DNA of 20,000 nt from an uncultured virus (IMG/VR IMGVR_UViG_3300026254_000003) (taxonomy: Duplodnaviria > Heunggongvirae > Uroviricota > Caudoviricetes), in IMG/VR virus record IMGVR_UViG_3300026254_000003, one strand, 5' to 3'. The notes below the pieces were generated by a model, which made no database searches, was not told the origin of the DNA, and was given only the letters and a program-made list of their open reading frames with translations. Every line of letters starts with the position of its first letter. Positions within the stretch are counted from its first letter, which is position 1. This document shows positions 1-8,008 of this stretch, in pieces. The position numbers were made by a program, and so were the translations under genes.

Positions 1-528
1 ATCTTTGCATTCGTTCACCAGTTCAGCCAGTGGCATATCATCTTTGCGCCATAGGCCACGGATTTGAAGCCCAAGCAGTAGTGTTGAGCGGTAGACATCC
101 TGTGAAATAATGTCCGCATCCACCACGTATTGACACCATGCCTCAACCATTGCCAGCGAACTGACTGACACCATGCGGCTTAATGCGTTTAACTCGTTGT
201 TGGGGTCGCGAAAACCAAGCGTAAATGTCGCTGTGTTGTCACCTGAATCGTCGGCAACGCATACACGCAACTGTGTGGTTTCATCATCAGAAGTGTTATC
301 GTGGGCCCACTGCTCTACGGTAATCGAAAAGCCACCCACATTATCTACCTCTGAAAAAAGAAGCGCTGCCATCATAGTAAGCTTGTCTGGGGCTTGGCTA
401 GACGCGCCTGTCACTGTGCCAGATGCTGAAAGTGACATACCGTCTGGTGTATCTGAAAATGCGGCCACAAAAGCTTTTGTGCCACGTTCATTCGCAGTTA
501 ATGACAGTGATGATAAGATGGGATGCAT
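1..528 (-). CDS. Hypothetical protein, truncated by window edge (MHPILSSLSLTANERGTKAF...)
   Basis: Hand translation: ATG at 528-526, open for 176 codons to base 1. It lies directly downstream of promoter cassette 539-590 with an AAGGA RBS. It is missing from the ORF track because there is no stop in the window. Confidence 0.85.
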   Translation of the reverse strand, partial: MHPILSSLSLTANERGTKAFVAAFSDTPDGMSLSASGTVTGASSQAPDKLTMMAALLFSEVDNVGGFSITVEQWAHDNTSDDETTQLRVCVADDSGDNTATFTLGFRDPNNELNALSRMVSVSSLAMVEAWCQYVVDADIISQDVYRSTLLLGLQIRGLWRKDDMPLAELVNECKD

Positions 529-538
529 ACGTGTTTTT

Positions 539-590
539 CCTTTGCTGTGTTGACAGAAAAGAGTATCTCACAAGGTGAGTGTGTTGTCAA
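539..590 (-). promoter_or_regulatory. Conserved promoter/RBS cassette, copy 1
   Basis: -35 TTGACA (590-585), 17 bp spacer, TGn-GATACT (567-562), inverted TGTCAA (555-550), CACAGCAAAGGA. Confidence 0.85.
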
Positions 591-611
591 TGGCGATGGC
601 GTATTAAAACG

Positions 612-1040
612 CTAACGAGAACAAGCAACACCTATCATTAGTTCACAAGGTGGCACCGCGTCATTGCCATCATCGATGCTGACATGCTTGACGTCTCGTT
701 TTTCACACACCGCTTTCACATATAAATTGAAGTGTTCATCACTGTCTATCACAATAGAAAAAGTAAGGCCAAACGCGGAAACGTTCTCGCATATTTGGTC
801 AAGGCGTGCTTCACCCTCAACATCATACTTGCGCTCAATCGCTTTCGCGGTGAGGCGATAGCCCAATTCATCTTCAGCGCCAATATCTTGATCGGTGTCT
901 ACCACCGGTGTGAAGCTGTTGTGAGTCACGATACACGACACGACGTCTTCGCGTGGCGATTCTGCACTCTGTCCTTCATTCTGGTTGATAACAAGTGTCC
1001 AATTGCCTACGTTGATGATGCGTTGCGTTTCAGTATTCAT
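612..1040 (-). CDS. Hypothetical protein (MNTETQRII..., 142 aa)
   Basis: ORF 612..1103, start moved to ATG 1040 with AAGGA RBS. The upstream extension runs through a poly-T/terminator-like segment. Confidence 0.75.
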   Translation of the reverse strand: MNTETQRIINVGNWTLVINQNEGQSAESPREDVVSCIVTHNSFTPVVDTDQDIGAEDELGYRLTAKAIERKYDVEGEARLDQICENVSAFGLTFSIVIDSDEHFNLYVKAVCEKRDVKHVSIDDGNDAVPPCELMIGVACSR

Positions 1041-1107
1041 GTTGTTTCCTTGATGTACGCCTATGTTGATAAAAAAGAAAAAGCGTCTCAATGAGGCTCT
1101 CAACTAT

Positions 1108-1407
1108 TTAAAGCGGGCTTTCATCTAGCCAGAAAGCAGATAAAGTGCTGATATTAATAAATAGTTTAGAAGCATCACCTGCGCTATTACCGTAATCAAC
1201 AATAATCAAGTCAAATTTCGACTCTTGAATTTGAGAAAGTGAATATAGGTTATCTAATTCAATTCTTTCTGCTGTCTTTCCAAGTTCAATCCCGTAAACG
1301 CCTCCCATAGCATCATCTTGGGCGTATGGGGTAAGGCTATTTTGAAAGTCATTAAACTGCTCTGGGTTTTCTAGATCGTAAAATCCACTTGGTTTTGCTT
1401 TTTTCAT
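1108..1407 (-). CDS. Hypothetical AT-rich acidic protein (MKKAKPSGF..., 99 aa)
   Basis: ORF with ATG 1407 preceded by AAGGAC. Visibly lower GC than the neighbouring genes. Confidence 0.75.
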   Translation of the reverse strand: MKKAKPSGFYDLENPEQFNDFQNSLTPYAQDDAMGGVYGIELGKTAERIELDNLYSLSQIQESKFDLIIVDYGNSAGDASKLFINISTLSAFWLDESPL

Positions 1408-1548
1408 GAATGTGTCCTTGGTTAACTTGACGGGTAATCTTGTCAAAAAGGTAGCGACACCGTATTGACAAAACTAGAGTCTATTGGCGTTTCTAGTGGA
1501 AGCCGATTTTTGTCCACTCTCTGCCCTCGCTGAGCAGCTCACGTTAAG

Positions 1549-1806
1549 TTAGTGTTTCTGCATCACTATGGCAGTGAATGGTCCCATACAAGTAGACTCT
1601 GTGATTGTAAACGTCGCATACCTGGCATTTAATGTTGCATTGATATTGTCACGTCGCTCTCCCGCAGTGTTACGTACAGAACGAACACCTTGCGCCTTCA
1701 ATGCATCAATCAGCGCCTTGCCGTGGTGTCCATCAATGCACTTCTCTGTGCGCTTAAACGTGGATGACAGTAGTTCTGATATGAGTTTTGCTACTTGATT
1801 GTTCAT
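1549..1806 (-). CDS. Hypothetical protein (MNNQVAKL..., 85 aa)
   Basis: ORF 1549..1878. ATG 1806 preferred because the extension overlaps the ORF at 1821-1973. Confidence 0.7.
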   Translation of the reverse strand: MNNQVAKLISELLSSTFKRTEKCIDGHHGKALIDALKAQGVRSVRNTAGERRDNINATLNARYATFTITESTCMGPFTAIVMQKH

Positions 1807-1820
1807 AAAATTCAGTCGTG

Positions 1821-1973
1821 CTAAGCAAGGGGGTTTTTTATATGGTATTCGTACAGTGAGGGTTCTTGGCGTCGCCAAAAATCAACATCTTCACTAAAGT
1901 AACCGTTGTCTAAATCAAAGCCGCATTCAGCAAGAAAGTTGCGCTCACGGCGCTCACGTTCAACGTTATTCAT
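1821..1973 (-). CDS. Small hypothetical protein, 50 aa (MNNVERERRERNFLAECGFDLDNGYFSEDVDFWRRQEPSLYEYHIKNPLA)
   Basis: Hand translation ATG 1973 to TAG 1821. It fills the gap on the coding strand and is below the ORF-track size cut-off. Confidence 0.6.
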   Translation of the reverse strand: MNNVERERRERNFLAECGFDLDNGYFSEDVDFWRRQEPSLYEYHIKNPLA

Positions 1974-2035
1974 AACAAAAAATCGCTCTTTGATACTGGT
2001 TGATAGTGGCAGGGCGTGTGCCCTGCCTCGTGACG

Positions 2036-2542
2036 CTAGGTGCGCGTGATGATGTCGACAAAAAGACTGTCGTGGATACGCTGTGATACTGTTAAGGTGA
2101 TGGGTTTTTTGAACGCTCTACCATCAAGACTTTGCGTACAACCGTCCAATTCAAGCGATTGCTTTGCAATCCCCATTGACGCATAACGCGTGCGGATAAG
2201 ACGCATGGCATCTTGGCAGCTTTGTATATCGTCGTAACGATACGATAAGTTGTAGTCAACCTTGACCGGCACATACTTCCCTGACTGTCCTTTGACGGCT
2301 GTGACCTTGCCTTCAATGCCCGTCGGTAAGAACGCCGTAAGGCGCTTGTCCGTTGTGGTCGGAAAGGCAATGGCAGGTGTTGATTGATACAGCACGCCAT
2401 CTACGACGTTAGGGACATTGGTCGCCTGACCTAACTCAACGTGCCCAAACGTATTGTCTTGTTTAGCGGGGAACGCTGATGCGCCATAAGCAATAGCGCC
2501 AAAAAGTAGAACTGAGCCAAAAATAGTTTTGAGATGTTCCAT
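2036..2542 (-). CDS. Putative exported protein with N-terminal signal peptide
   Basis: MEHLKTIFGSVLLFGAIAYGASA|F: basic residue, hydrophobic core, A-x-A site. GAGGA RBS inside promoter cassette 2. Confidence 0.8.
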   Translation of the reverse strand: MEHLKTIFGSVLLFGAIAYGASAFPAKQDNTFGHVELGQATNVPNVVDGVLYQSTPAIAFPTTTDKRLTAFLPTGIEGKVTAVKGQSGKYVPVKVDYNLSYRYDDIQSCQDAMRLIRTRYASMGIAKQSLELDGCTQSLDGRAFKKPITLTVSQRIHDSLFVDIITRT

Positions 2543-2549
2543 CGTTTTT

Positions 2550-2600
2550 CCTCGGTTGTGTTGACAGGTTTAGTATCGCAAAAACGGTGAGTGTTGTCAA
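2550..2600 (-). promoter_or_regulatory. Conserved promoter/RBS cassette, copy 2
   Basis: TTGACA (2600-2595)-N17-GATACT (2577-2572)-N5-TGTCAA (2566-2561)-CACAACCGAGGA. Confidence 0.85.
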
Positions 2601-2616
2601 GCTTTTGTATGCAATA

Positions 2617-2648
2617 AAACAAAGCCATCAATCAAGATGGCTTTGTTT
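2617..2648 (-). terminator. Intrinsic terminator
   Basis: 13-bp perfect stem AAACAAAGCCATC/GATGGCTTTGTTT, downstream of the 2674 gene stop and just before cassette 2. Confidence 0.75.
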
Positions 2649-2673
2649 GTTCGATGCACGAGTGCGGTGAGGA

Positions 2674-3294
2674 TTAGTTGACGAGGTCGAAAAACTGACC
2701 ATACGTGATCTCACTAAAACCTTCCGGCACATCAACGGGCTCGTCAACAGGCGGGGCATCGCCCGTGCGCTCGGTGTACTTGGGCACGCGAAGCACAGCA
2801 ACATCCTCGCCATTATCATCTTTGGCAATACCGAAGTTTGTCGATATCATTGAACTGGCGCTGCTGTTAGGCACGCGATCGCCAATCATGGTTCGCATCA
2901 GGTTATTAGAAGAAATAAACCAGTCGCTAAGGTACGGATACTCGGTCAGTGCGTCATTGGCTTTGGCAACAAGGGCGTTCAGTGCCTTACCAAGCTTATG
3001 ATTGCCTTTGCCACCGACAATCGCCACTTTCTCACCGTTATGCTCACGGGTGTCATGGACTTTAATGTGCGAGGCAGACACAATTGGGTGAGCGACGGGG
3101 TAGACCAAATAGCGAATGCTAGACGCCCTGCCCCAGTTGGACGCTTCAGTATGCGCGACGGCACCACCGGCTTCGATATAAAGCGAGTTCACAATTTCAT
3201 CACGCTTAGGGGCGATGTTGGCATCAAAGTTACTCAATATCGCTTTGGCTGCATCAGGCGTGCTGACAAAGTAAAAGTAGCGTTTTTCGTTCAT
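2674..3294 (-). CDS. Hypothetical protein (MNEKRYFYFV..., 206 aa)
   Basis: ORF 2674..3357. ATG 3294 with AAGGA RBS avoids overlap with the upstream gene. Confidence 0.8.
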   Translation of the reverse strand: MNEKRYFYFVSTPDAAKAILSNFDANIAPKRDEIVNSLYIEAGGAVAHTEASNWGRASSIRYLVYPVAHPIVSASHIKVHDTREHNGEKVAIVGGKGNHKLGKALNALVAKANDALTEYPYLSDWFISSNNLMRTMIGDRVPNSSASSMISTNFGIAKDDNGEDVAVLRVPKYTERTGDAPPVDEPVDVPEGFSEITYGQFFDLVN

Positions 3295-3319
3295 GATTGA
3301 GATTCCTTGTGAGGGCAGC

Positions 3320-3541
3320 TTACTGCCCAAGTGGATAAGTGACGCGCTCGGCAGCACGCTGCTTTTTGATACTGCGCATTAGCGCAACAGAGCCTGCACT
3401 TCTCGCAGCCACTTCACATTCAGAGTGATTGGGAAAAAGCGCAGTGTAATACGATGCCGGCTTATCACTCTTCTTTGCGCGTTCTGACGCTGAAGGTGAA
3501 AGGATAACGGGTTGATTACAGTATTTGCATATTGACGGCAT
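3320..3541 (-). CDS. Small putative Zn-binding protein (CxxC...HxxC), 73 aa
   Basis: MPSICKYC...NHSEC. ATG 3541 follows the GGAGG of cassette 3. Confidence 0.8.
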   Translation of the reverse strand: MPSICKYCNQPVILSPSASERAKKSDKPASYYTALFPNHSECEVAARSAGSVALMRSIKKQRAAERVTYPLGQ

Positions 3542-3547
3542 GACGGC

Positions 3548-3598
3548 CTCCTGTTGTGTTGACAAGACAAGTATCTCAAATGGTGTGAGCGTTGTCAA
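3548..3598 (-). promoter_or_regulatory. Conserved promoter/RBS cassette, copy 3
   Basis: TTGACA (3598-3593)-N17-GATACT (3575-3570)-N5-TGTCAA (3564-3559)-CACAACAGGAG. Confidence 0.9.
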
Positions 3599-3630
3599 GT
3601 AAATTAGGCAAAAGGCCGCCTCTTGCAACG

Positions 3631-3909
3631 TTATGCCGCGTAATAACCTTCATTCACACCAAAGCGGCGTAGCGGGTCTGGCACAAGCGTAAAGCCTTTG
3701 CTTTCCATGAGCGCGTCATTGTCTAACTCGCTGTCAGTAAGCGCAAAAAGCGCCGCCTCGATGTCATCATCATTGCCATAGCCTTCAAAGCCGTGCTCAT
3801 CACGCCCGATAATATACAGTGATTCACTGTCATCATGGTAAAGCCAGTGTGCTGACATAATATCATTGTCAAAGAGGTACTTGCCGGTCTCGTTGTCGTA
3901 AGGGCCCAT
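3631..3909 (-). CDS. Acidic hypothetical protein (MGPYDNETG..., 92 aa; alternative GTG start at 3951)
   Basis: ATG 3909 lies immediately after the upstream TAA (3911-3913). About 21 D/E versus 5 K/R. Confidence 0.75.
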   Translation of the reverse strand: MGPYDNETGKYLFDNDIMSAHWLYHDDSESLYIIGRDEHGFEGYGNDDDIEAALFALTDSELDNDALMESKGFTLVPDPLRRFGVNEGYYAA

Positions 3910-3910
3910 G

Positions 3911-4261
3911 TTAATCTCTGCCTTTGTTATCGTTGATGTTAGGGGTTTCACCTGGGCGAGGTAAGATGTCGTTGATACGCTGCCCTAATGGTGTCTCTAT
4001 TGAGGGGATGTCAATTGCCAGTGGCGCGCCCGTGTTCGTCGTGTTAAGCAAACACTCGTATACTGCCGCAAGCTCAACGATGACATCGCGAATATCGCTT
4101 AAAAGCACGCTGTCATTTTCGGGTTCGCCGGGTGGGATGCCTGCATCCGTCATGATCTGAACGAGTTCAGATGTCGTGCTGGCGGCCACATTAGCAGAGA
4201 GTTCACCTCCAAAGTTCTCGCTGAGAAAGGCGTTTATCGCTTTAGATGATAGTCGTGACAT
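3911..4261 (-). CDS. Hypothetical protein, 116 aa
   Basis: ORF track. TAATG stop/start overlap with the upstream gene at 4261. Confidence 0.8.
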   Translation of the reverse strand: MSRLSSKAINAFLSENFGGELSANVAASTTSELVQIMTDAGIPPGEPENDSVLLSDIRDVIVELAAVYECLLNTTNTGAPLAIDIPSIETPLGQRINDILPRPGETPNINDNKGRD

Positions 4262-4632
4262 TATTGTTCATCCAAATCAATGATGCTTCGCAGCGTCGCC
4301 CGTGATGTAGGGCAAAGCATATTACCTAACGTCGCAAGGTCAATGGGTATTAAGGGGTTGTCGTTGCAACCTTCCCATCCAATTGCAATGTTTTCGTTAA
4401 CAAATGCAATAGAGAAGCCAGGGTATTGCGTAAACAAGTACTCTAAATCAGCATATGGCGCGTTATCATAACGAAGCGGCAATGTTCGCTTTAGCATAAA
4501 CAGCGCCTGAGCCAACCACGGGTTGGTGATAATAATGGGCGATTTGGTTGCCTTGACGAAATCGGTGAGGCGTGCGGCAATCTGTCGGCTAAGATAAAGG
4601 GTGTCGCCCTGTGGTTGTGATGCGTTGTTCAT
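4261..4632 (-). CDS. Hypothetical protein, 123 aa
   Basis: ORF track. TAAGG RBS, translationally coupled to the next gene. Confidence 0.8.
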   Translation of the reverse strand: MNNASQPQGDTLYLSRQIAARLTDFVKATKSPIIITNPWLAQALFMLKRTLPLRYDNAPYADLEYLFTQYPGFSIAFVNENIAIGWEGCNDNPLIPIDLATLGNMLCPTSRATLRSIIDLDEQ

Positions 4633-4682
4633 AGATAAACCTTATTTTGCATAGATTGAATAAGGGGTGCCCCCCTCATTGT

Positions 4683-4967
4683 TTATTGTGGGGCTCGAAA
4701 ACGAACCTGATCACTTTCGTGTACGAAAACAATAGTTTCCGCATTCTCCCATTCCCAGTAGCCCTTTTGCTTCTTTGCCCATTGTTCAAGTGCAGGGGCA
4801 ATCCACTGATAGCCTCTGACTTCGCAATCGTAGCTGATGGCGTCGATGTCTGAACAAAAAAGTTGCCCCTCGTCGCCTACACGAAAATTTACATGACGGT
4901 CGACCATATTGAAAGTGCCATTTTCAAGTACGGATATGTAGACCGTTGGGATGTTGCGTAAGACCAT
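4683..4967 (-). CDS. Hypothetical protein (MVLRNIPT..., 94 aa)
   Basis: ATG 4967 after the GAGGA of cassette 4. Confidence 0.8.
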   Translation of the reverse strand: MVLRNIPTVYISVLENGTFNMVDRHVNFRVGDEGQLFCSDIDAISYDCEVRGYQWIAPALEQWAKKQKGYWEWENAETIVFVHESDQVRFRAPQ

Positions 4968-4974
4968 AATATTT

Positions 4975-5025
4975 CCTCTGTTGTGCTGACAGAGCGAGTA
5001 TTGCAAAAGCTGTGTTTTTTGTCAA
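4975..5025 (-). promoter_or_regulatory. Conserved promoter/RBS cassette, copy 4
   Basis: TTGACA (5025-5020)-N17-AATACT (5002-4997)-N5-TGTCAG-CACAACAGAGGA. Confidence 0.8.
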
Positions 5026-5052
5026 TAATCGCGTGAAGAACATCCAGAAAAA

Positions 5053-5262
5053 TCAAGAAAAGCTATCGCGAACATCGTCGTTCATGGCTTTTTTAGCCGT
5101 CGCTCGTGCCACTTTGTTGTGGTAGCGACGTTTCGCTTTCTTGTTGCGAATGCGTTCTCCCTGAGGAAGAAACTCTTGGCAGTCTGCAACATCCGGCCCG
5201 TAGGGCGAGATGTGTTCAGGGTTGCCTTTATAAATCCCGTAAGGGCGTCTTTTATTCGCCAT
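5053..5262 (-). CDS. Small basic hypothetical protein, 69 aa
   Basis: ORF track. GAGGA RBS; K/R-rich C-terminal half. Confidence 0.7.
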   Translation of the reverse strand: MANKRRPYGIYKGNPEHISPYGPDVADCQEFLPQGERIRNKKAKRRYHNKVARATAKKAMNDDVRDSFS

Positions 5263-5296
5263 CGTTATTTCCTCAACTCGTTTTTAACATGTGCAC

Positions 5297-5602
5297 CTAC
5301 GGTTCTACGCGGATGCACTTGCCGTAAATATTTTTTATCGGTGTCCACCCATTAACCTTGCCGTGGTTGTTGGATATTTGGACGCGACCTGGCTGCACCG
5401 CAGTGACAAGGTGCAAATACTGCACCCCTGATACCGTACAGAGCACAATATCACGTTTTTTAAGGCCCTCGTCGCTGCCAAGAGGGCGCACGGTGACCTT
5501 TTGTCCTGACGATATGCGCCCTGTCATTGAGTTGCCTCGCGGACGAAACGACACGGTTTCGCCTCGCTGCAACTTAGTGATATAAGGCGTGGCCCAGCAC
5601 AC
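5297..5602 (-). CDS. S24/S26 peptidase-fold protein (stand-alone, 101 aa)
   Basis: VSFRPRGNSM...GQKVTV...DIVLC...YLHLV...NNHG matches the GxSM / GDIV / (K/H) / GDN layout of LexA/signal-peptidase-like domains. Confidence 0.7.
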   Translation of the reverse strand: MCWATPYITKLQRGETVSFRPRGNSMTGRISSGQKVTVRPLGSDEGLKKRDIVLCTVSGVQYLHLVTAVQPGRVQISNNHGKVNGWTPIKNIYGKCIRVEP

Positions 5603-5604
5603 GG

Positions 5605-5874
5605 CTACACCTTGTATAGCATTAGCGTGCCACCGTCATAGGGTTCGCCGTACCAGCCATTGTCATCGACGATAGCTTGTAGTGTAGGGTGCAGAGCGTC
5701 CTCGATAGTGCCTGCGTTAAAGATAGGTAAACCATCTGATGCAAACTCTTCGCTGCCTCGTAGCCAGATGCCTTTACGTGACGGGTCGCCGTAAAATTCA
5801 GCCATAGGTACGGCGTTCGCTTCTGGTAGCGCCTTATTGATTTTGCTGATCATTGCTTGTTCAGATAAAGCCAT
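5605..5874 (-). CDS. Hypothetical protein (MALSEQAMI..., 89 aa)
   Basis: ATG 5874 after the GGAG of cassette 5. Confidence 0.8.
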   Translation of the reverse strand: MALSEQAMISKINKALPEANAVPMAEFYGDPSRKGIWLRGSEEFASDGLPIFNAGTIEDALHPTLQAIVDDNGWYGEPYDGGTLMLYKV

Positions 5875-5880
5875 GTCTCT

Positions 5881-5931
5881 CTCCTGTTGTGTTGACAGGA
5901 TTAGTATCTCAAAAACTGAGAGTGTTGTCAA
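5881..5931 (-). promoter_or_regulatory. Conserved promoter/RBS cassette, copy 5
   Basis: TTGACA (5931-5926)-N17-GATACT (5908-5903)-N5-TGTCAA (5897-5892)-CACAACAGGAG. Confidence 0.9.
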
Positions 5932-5955
5932 TAAGAAACCGACATATTGCTCGTA

Positions 5956-6192
5956 TTAGTTAAACTTAGGTGTCACCAAGTTGGCGACGGCCTTACTCAT
6001 GATATGAGCGGTATCTTTGTTTTCCGAAAGCCTGACTTCCTGGATGAAACGGCGTATTGTAGCACGCTGCTGCGCACGCCATTGAAGCACCCTTTCAGGA
6101 TTGCGTTGTCGGGAGTAGGGAGCGCGATTACGTAATGCAAAATTAGCGCTTATTGCTCGTTGGCGAGATAAGACAAAGTCATTAAGCGTCAT
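5956..6192 (-). CDS. Arg-rich hypothetical protein (MTLNDFVL..., 78 aa)
   Basis: ATG 6192 after the GGAG of cassette 6. Confidence 0.75.
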   Translation of the reverse strand: MTLNDFVLSRQRAISANFALRNRAPYSRQRNPERVLQWRAQQRATIRRFIQEVRLSENKDTAHIMSKAVANLVTPKFN

Positions 6193-6198
6193 GGCATT

Positions 6199-6249
6199 CT
6201 CCTGTTGTGTTGACCATGTCAGCGTCTCAAAGTCAGAGAGCGTTGTCAA
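6199..6249 (-). promoter_or_regulatory. Conserved promoter/RBS cassette, copy 6
   Basis: TTGACA (6249-6244)-N17-GACGCT-N5-GGTCAA-CACAACAGGAG. Confidence 0.8.
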
Positions 6250-6286
6250 TATTTCCGACAAGTGTGTCGCGTGAATTAAGGAAAGA

Positions 6287-6484
6287 TTACTCTTCCGAAA
6301 TGACGAAGCTTTGAGTAGCTTGTGATATTGCGCTTTCAGTTGGCTCCAGCATTGTTAAAATGGCTTGCTTTTGCTCTTGTGTGAATGAGGCATCTGACAT
6401 GAGCGCCATCTTGCTTTTTTGCAGCGTAAGGTTAATGTTGGTTACAGCCTCGCAAGCGTTGTCGATAAGTTGACTAAGGTGCAT
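6287..6484 (-). CDS. Hypothetical helical protein (MHLSQLID..., 65 aa)
   Basis: ATG 6484 after the GGAG of cassette 7. Confidence 0.75.
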   Translation of the reverse strand: MHLSQLIDNACEAVTNINLTLQKSKMALMSDASFTQEQKQAILTMLEPTESAISQATQSFVISEE

Positions 6485-6490
6485 GTTTCT

Positions 6491-6541
6491 CTCCTGTTGT
6501 GTTGACAGTTTAAATATATCAATAAATTTGACAAAGTGCAA
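6491..6541 (-). promoter_or_regulatory. Conserved promoter/RBS cassette, copy 7 (variant)
   Basis: TTGCAC (6541-6536)-N17-TATATT-N5-TGTCAA (6507-6502)-CACAACAGGAG. Confidence 0.8.
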
Positions 6542-6547
6542 CAAAAT

Positions 6548-7018
6548 TTATTCAGACAAGTATGTCGACAATGACTCATCAAGTTCATCGAACAGTGCAT
6601 CGAATGCGGCTTCGGTTATACGCCCTTCACGTAACGCCTTTCGTGCAGCAAGTAATTGGGACGCATGACTCAGCATGTCGCTAACACCATGAAGCGGGAT
6701 GCAGCGTTGCGTTGGCGCTGGGTTGGTTGGCGTTATGCCGTTATAGATGTTAATGGTTAACGGAACGCTGACATTGTTATGCGGGCCGTTAAATGTCTCG
6801 CAGTCTGAAGAAAGCATATTGATGCCTTCTCCGCAGGGGATAAAGTAGAGGTTAACGCCGTCATCTCTAATGTCGTTTAACAGTTCTTCTGCGTTGCAGT
6901 CAGGGTAGATCTTACCGTGGCGCTGAACGGCACTGTCCAGTCCAGTCTTGGCGCTCTCAGGCGTGGTGCCTACGGCAATAAACTCAAAGTGTCGCGTTTC
7001 GTAAGTCGTGATATACAT
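6548..7018 (-). CDS. Hypothetical protein, 156 aa
   Basis: ORF track; GGAG RBS. Confidence 0.8.
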   Translation of the reverse strand: MYITTYETRHFEFIAVGTTPESAKTGLDSAVQRHGKIYPDCNAEELLNDIRDDGVNLYFIPCGEGINMLSSDCETFNGPHNNVSVPLTINIYNGITPTNPAPTQRCIPLHGVSDMLSHASQLLAARKALREGRITEAAFDALFDELDESLSTYLSE

Positions 7019-7120
7019 AACAAAGGCTCCGTAGGAGTCATGGCAATCACAGTGTGTGCTGTGTCGCCATGGTCTAATTAAAAAGGCTGACGGTGGCTTG
7101 GTTCGTCTTGTCGCTGCTCG

Positions 7121-7612
7121 TTAGGAAGAGGTTTCTTCTGGCTCAACGAGAATAACACCTTTTCCGCTAACAGGGCTGATCACGCCTTCATCGTCTCCGA
7201 GCCTTGATATGTATGCGCTGTCCACGCCAAACATGGCGTCAGTACCACGGTCTTTGTAGATAACGATGTCGACGGGAAGTTGCGTGTCAGGATCGGTGAC
7301 CGTGACTTCTTTGACATACATGGCGGTATCAGACGATGTGGGCGGTATGTTCTTCTCTGTGAGGTAGTCGATGGTTTTAACCCAATCCACTTCTGCTGAT
7401 GTCGTACTCATAATGACGTCGTAGATGCCGTAGTCCACATGACTATGGGCTTCCTTTAACCGGGCGATCAGCGTCGATGCTAAACGCTCAAAGACCTCGT
7501 CATCCCCCACTTGATCTGAGGTTAAGACAGGCACTCGGTTAACCAATACAGCTAATGATTTAACGTTGGCAAAAAATGCGCGAATGAGCGTAACGGTGAC
7601 ATGCTTATACAT
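7121..7612 (-). CDS. Hypothetical protein, 163 aa
   Basis: ORF track; AAGGGA RBS. Confidence 0.8.
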   Translation of the reverse strand: MYKHVTVTLIRAFFANVKSLAVLVNRVPVLTSDQVGDDEVFERLASTLIARLKEAHSHVDYGIYDVIMSTTSAEVDWVKTIDYLTEKNIPPTSSDTAMYVKEVTVTDPDTQLPVDIVIYKDRGTDAMFGVDSAYISRLGDDEGVISPVSGKGVILVEPEETSS

Positions 7613-7679
7613 GGCGTTCCCTTTATCAATGAGACTGTGAAGGCGCCGAAGCGCCTAGCTGTAGCGTAAAACGAAGTGG

Positions 7680-7922
7680 CTATTTAAAGATAGCCAGCAC
7701 GTCTGCACTGAGGAACTCTGATTTAACCAGAATGCTGGTGATTTCTTCGCTGAGGGGGTCAACGTTCAGCAAGTAGAAGCCTTCTTCTTTTTGTCTGATG
7801 AACGTATAGGTGTCCAAGCAAGCGAGCGTATCAGAGACCGTTACCGTACCGTGCAAGTCTTCCGTTTTCGCCTTTTTCATGCGACGGTCTTCGTTGAGTT
7901 CAAGTAAACGAGATACTTTCAT
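7680..7922 (-). CDS. Hypothetical protein, 80 aa
   Basis: ORF track; follows cassette 8 (CAGGA RBS). Confidence 0.8.
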   Translation of the reverse strand: MKVSRLLELNEDRRMKKAKTEDLHGTVTVSDTLACLDTYTFIRQKEEGFYLLNVDPLSEEITSILVKSEFLSADVLAIFK

Positions 7923-7931
7923 GTGTGCATT

Positions 7932-7984
7932 CCTGTTGTTGTGTTGACGGTTATTATATTAACAACAAACACAGCCTGTGTCAA
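7932..7984 (-). promoter_or_regulatory. Conserved promoter/RBS cassette, copy 8 (variant)
   Basis: TTGACA (7984-7979)-N17-TAATAT-N6-CGTCAA-CACAACAACAGGA. Confidence 0.8.
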
Positions 7985-8008
7985 CAAACACAGGCCACAA
8001 ATTGATGG

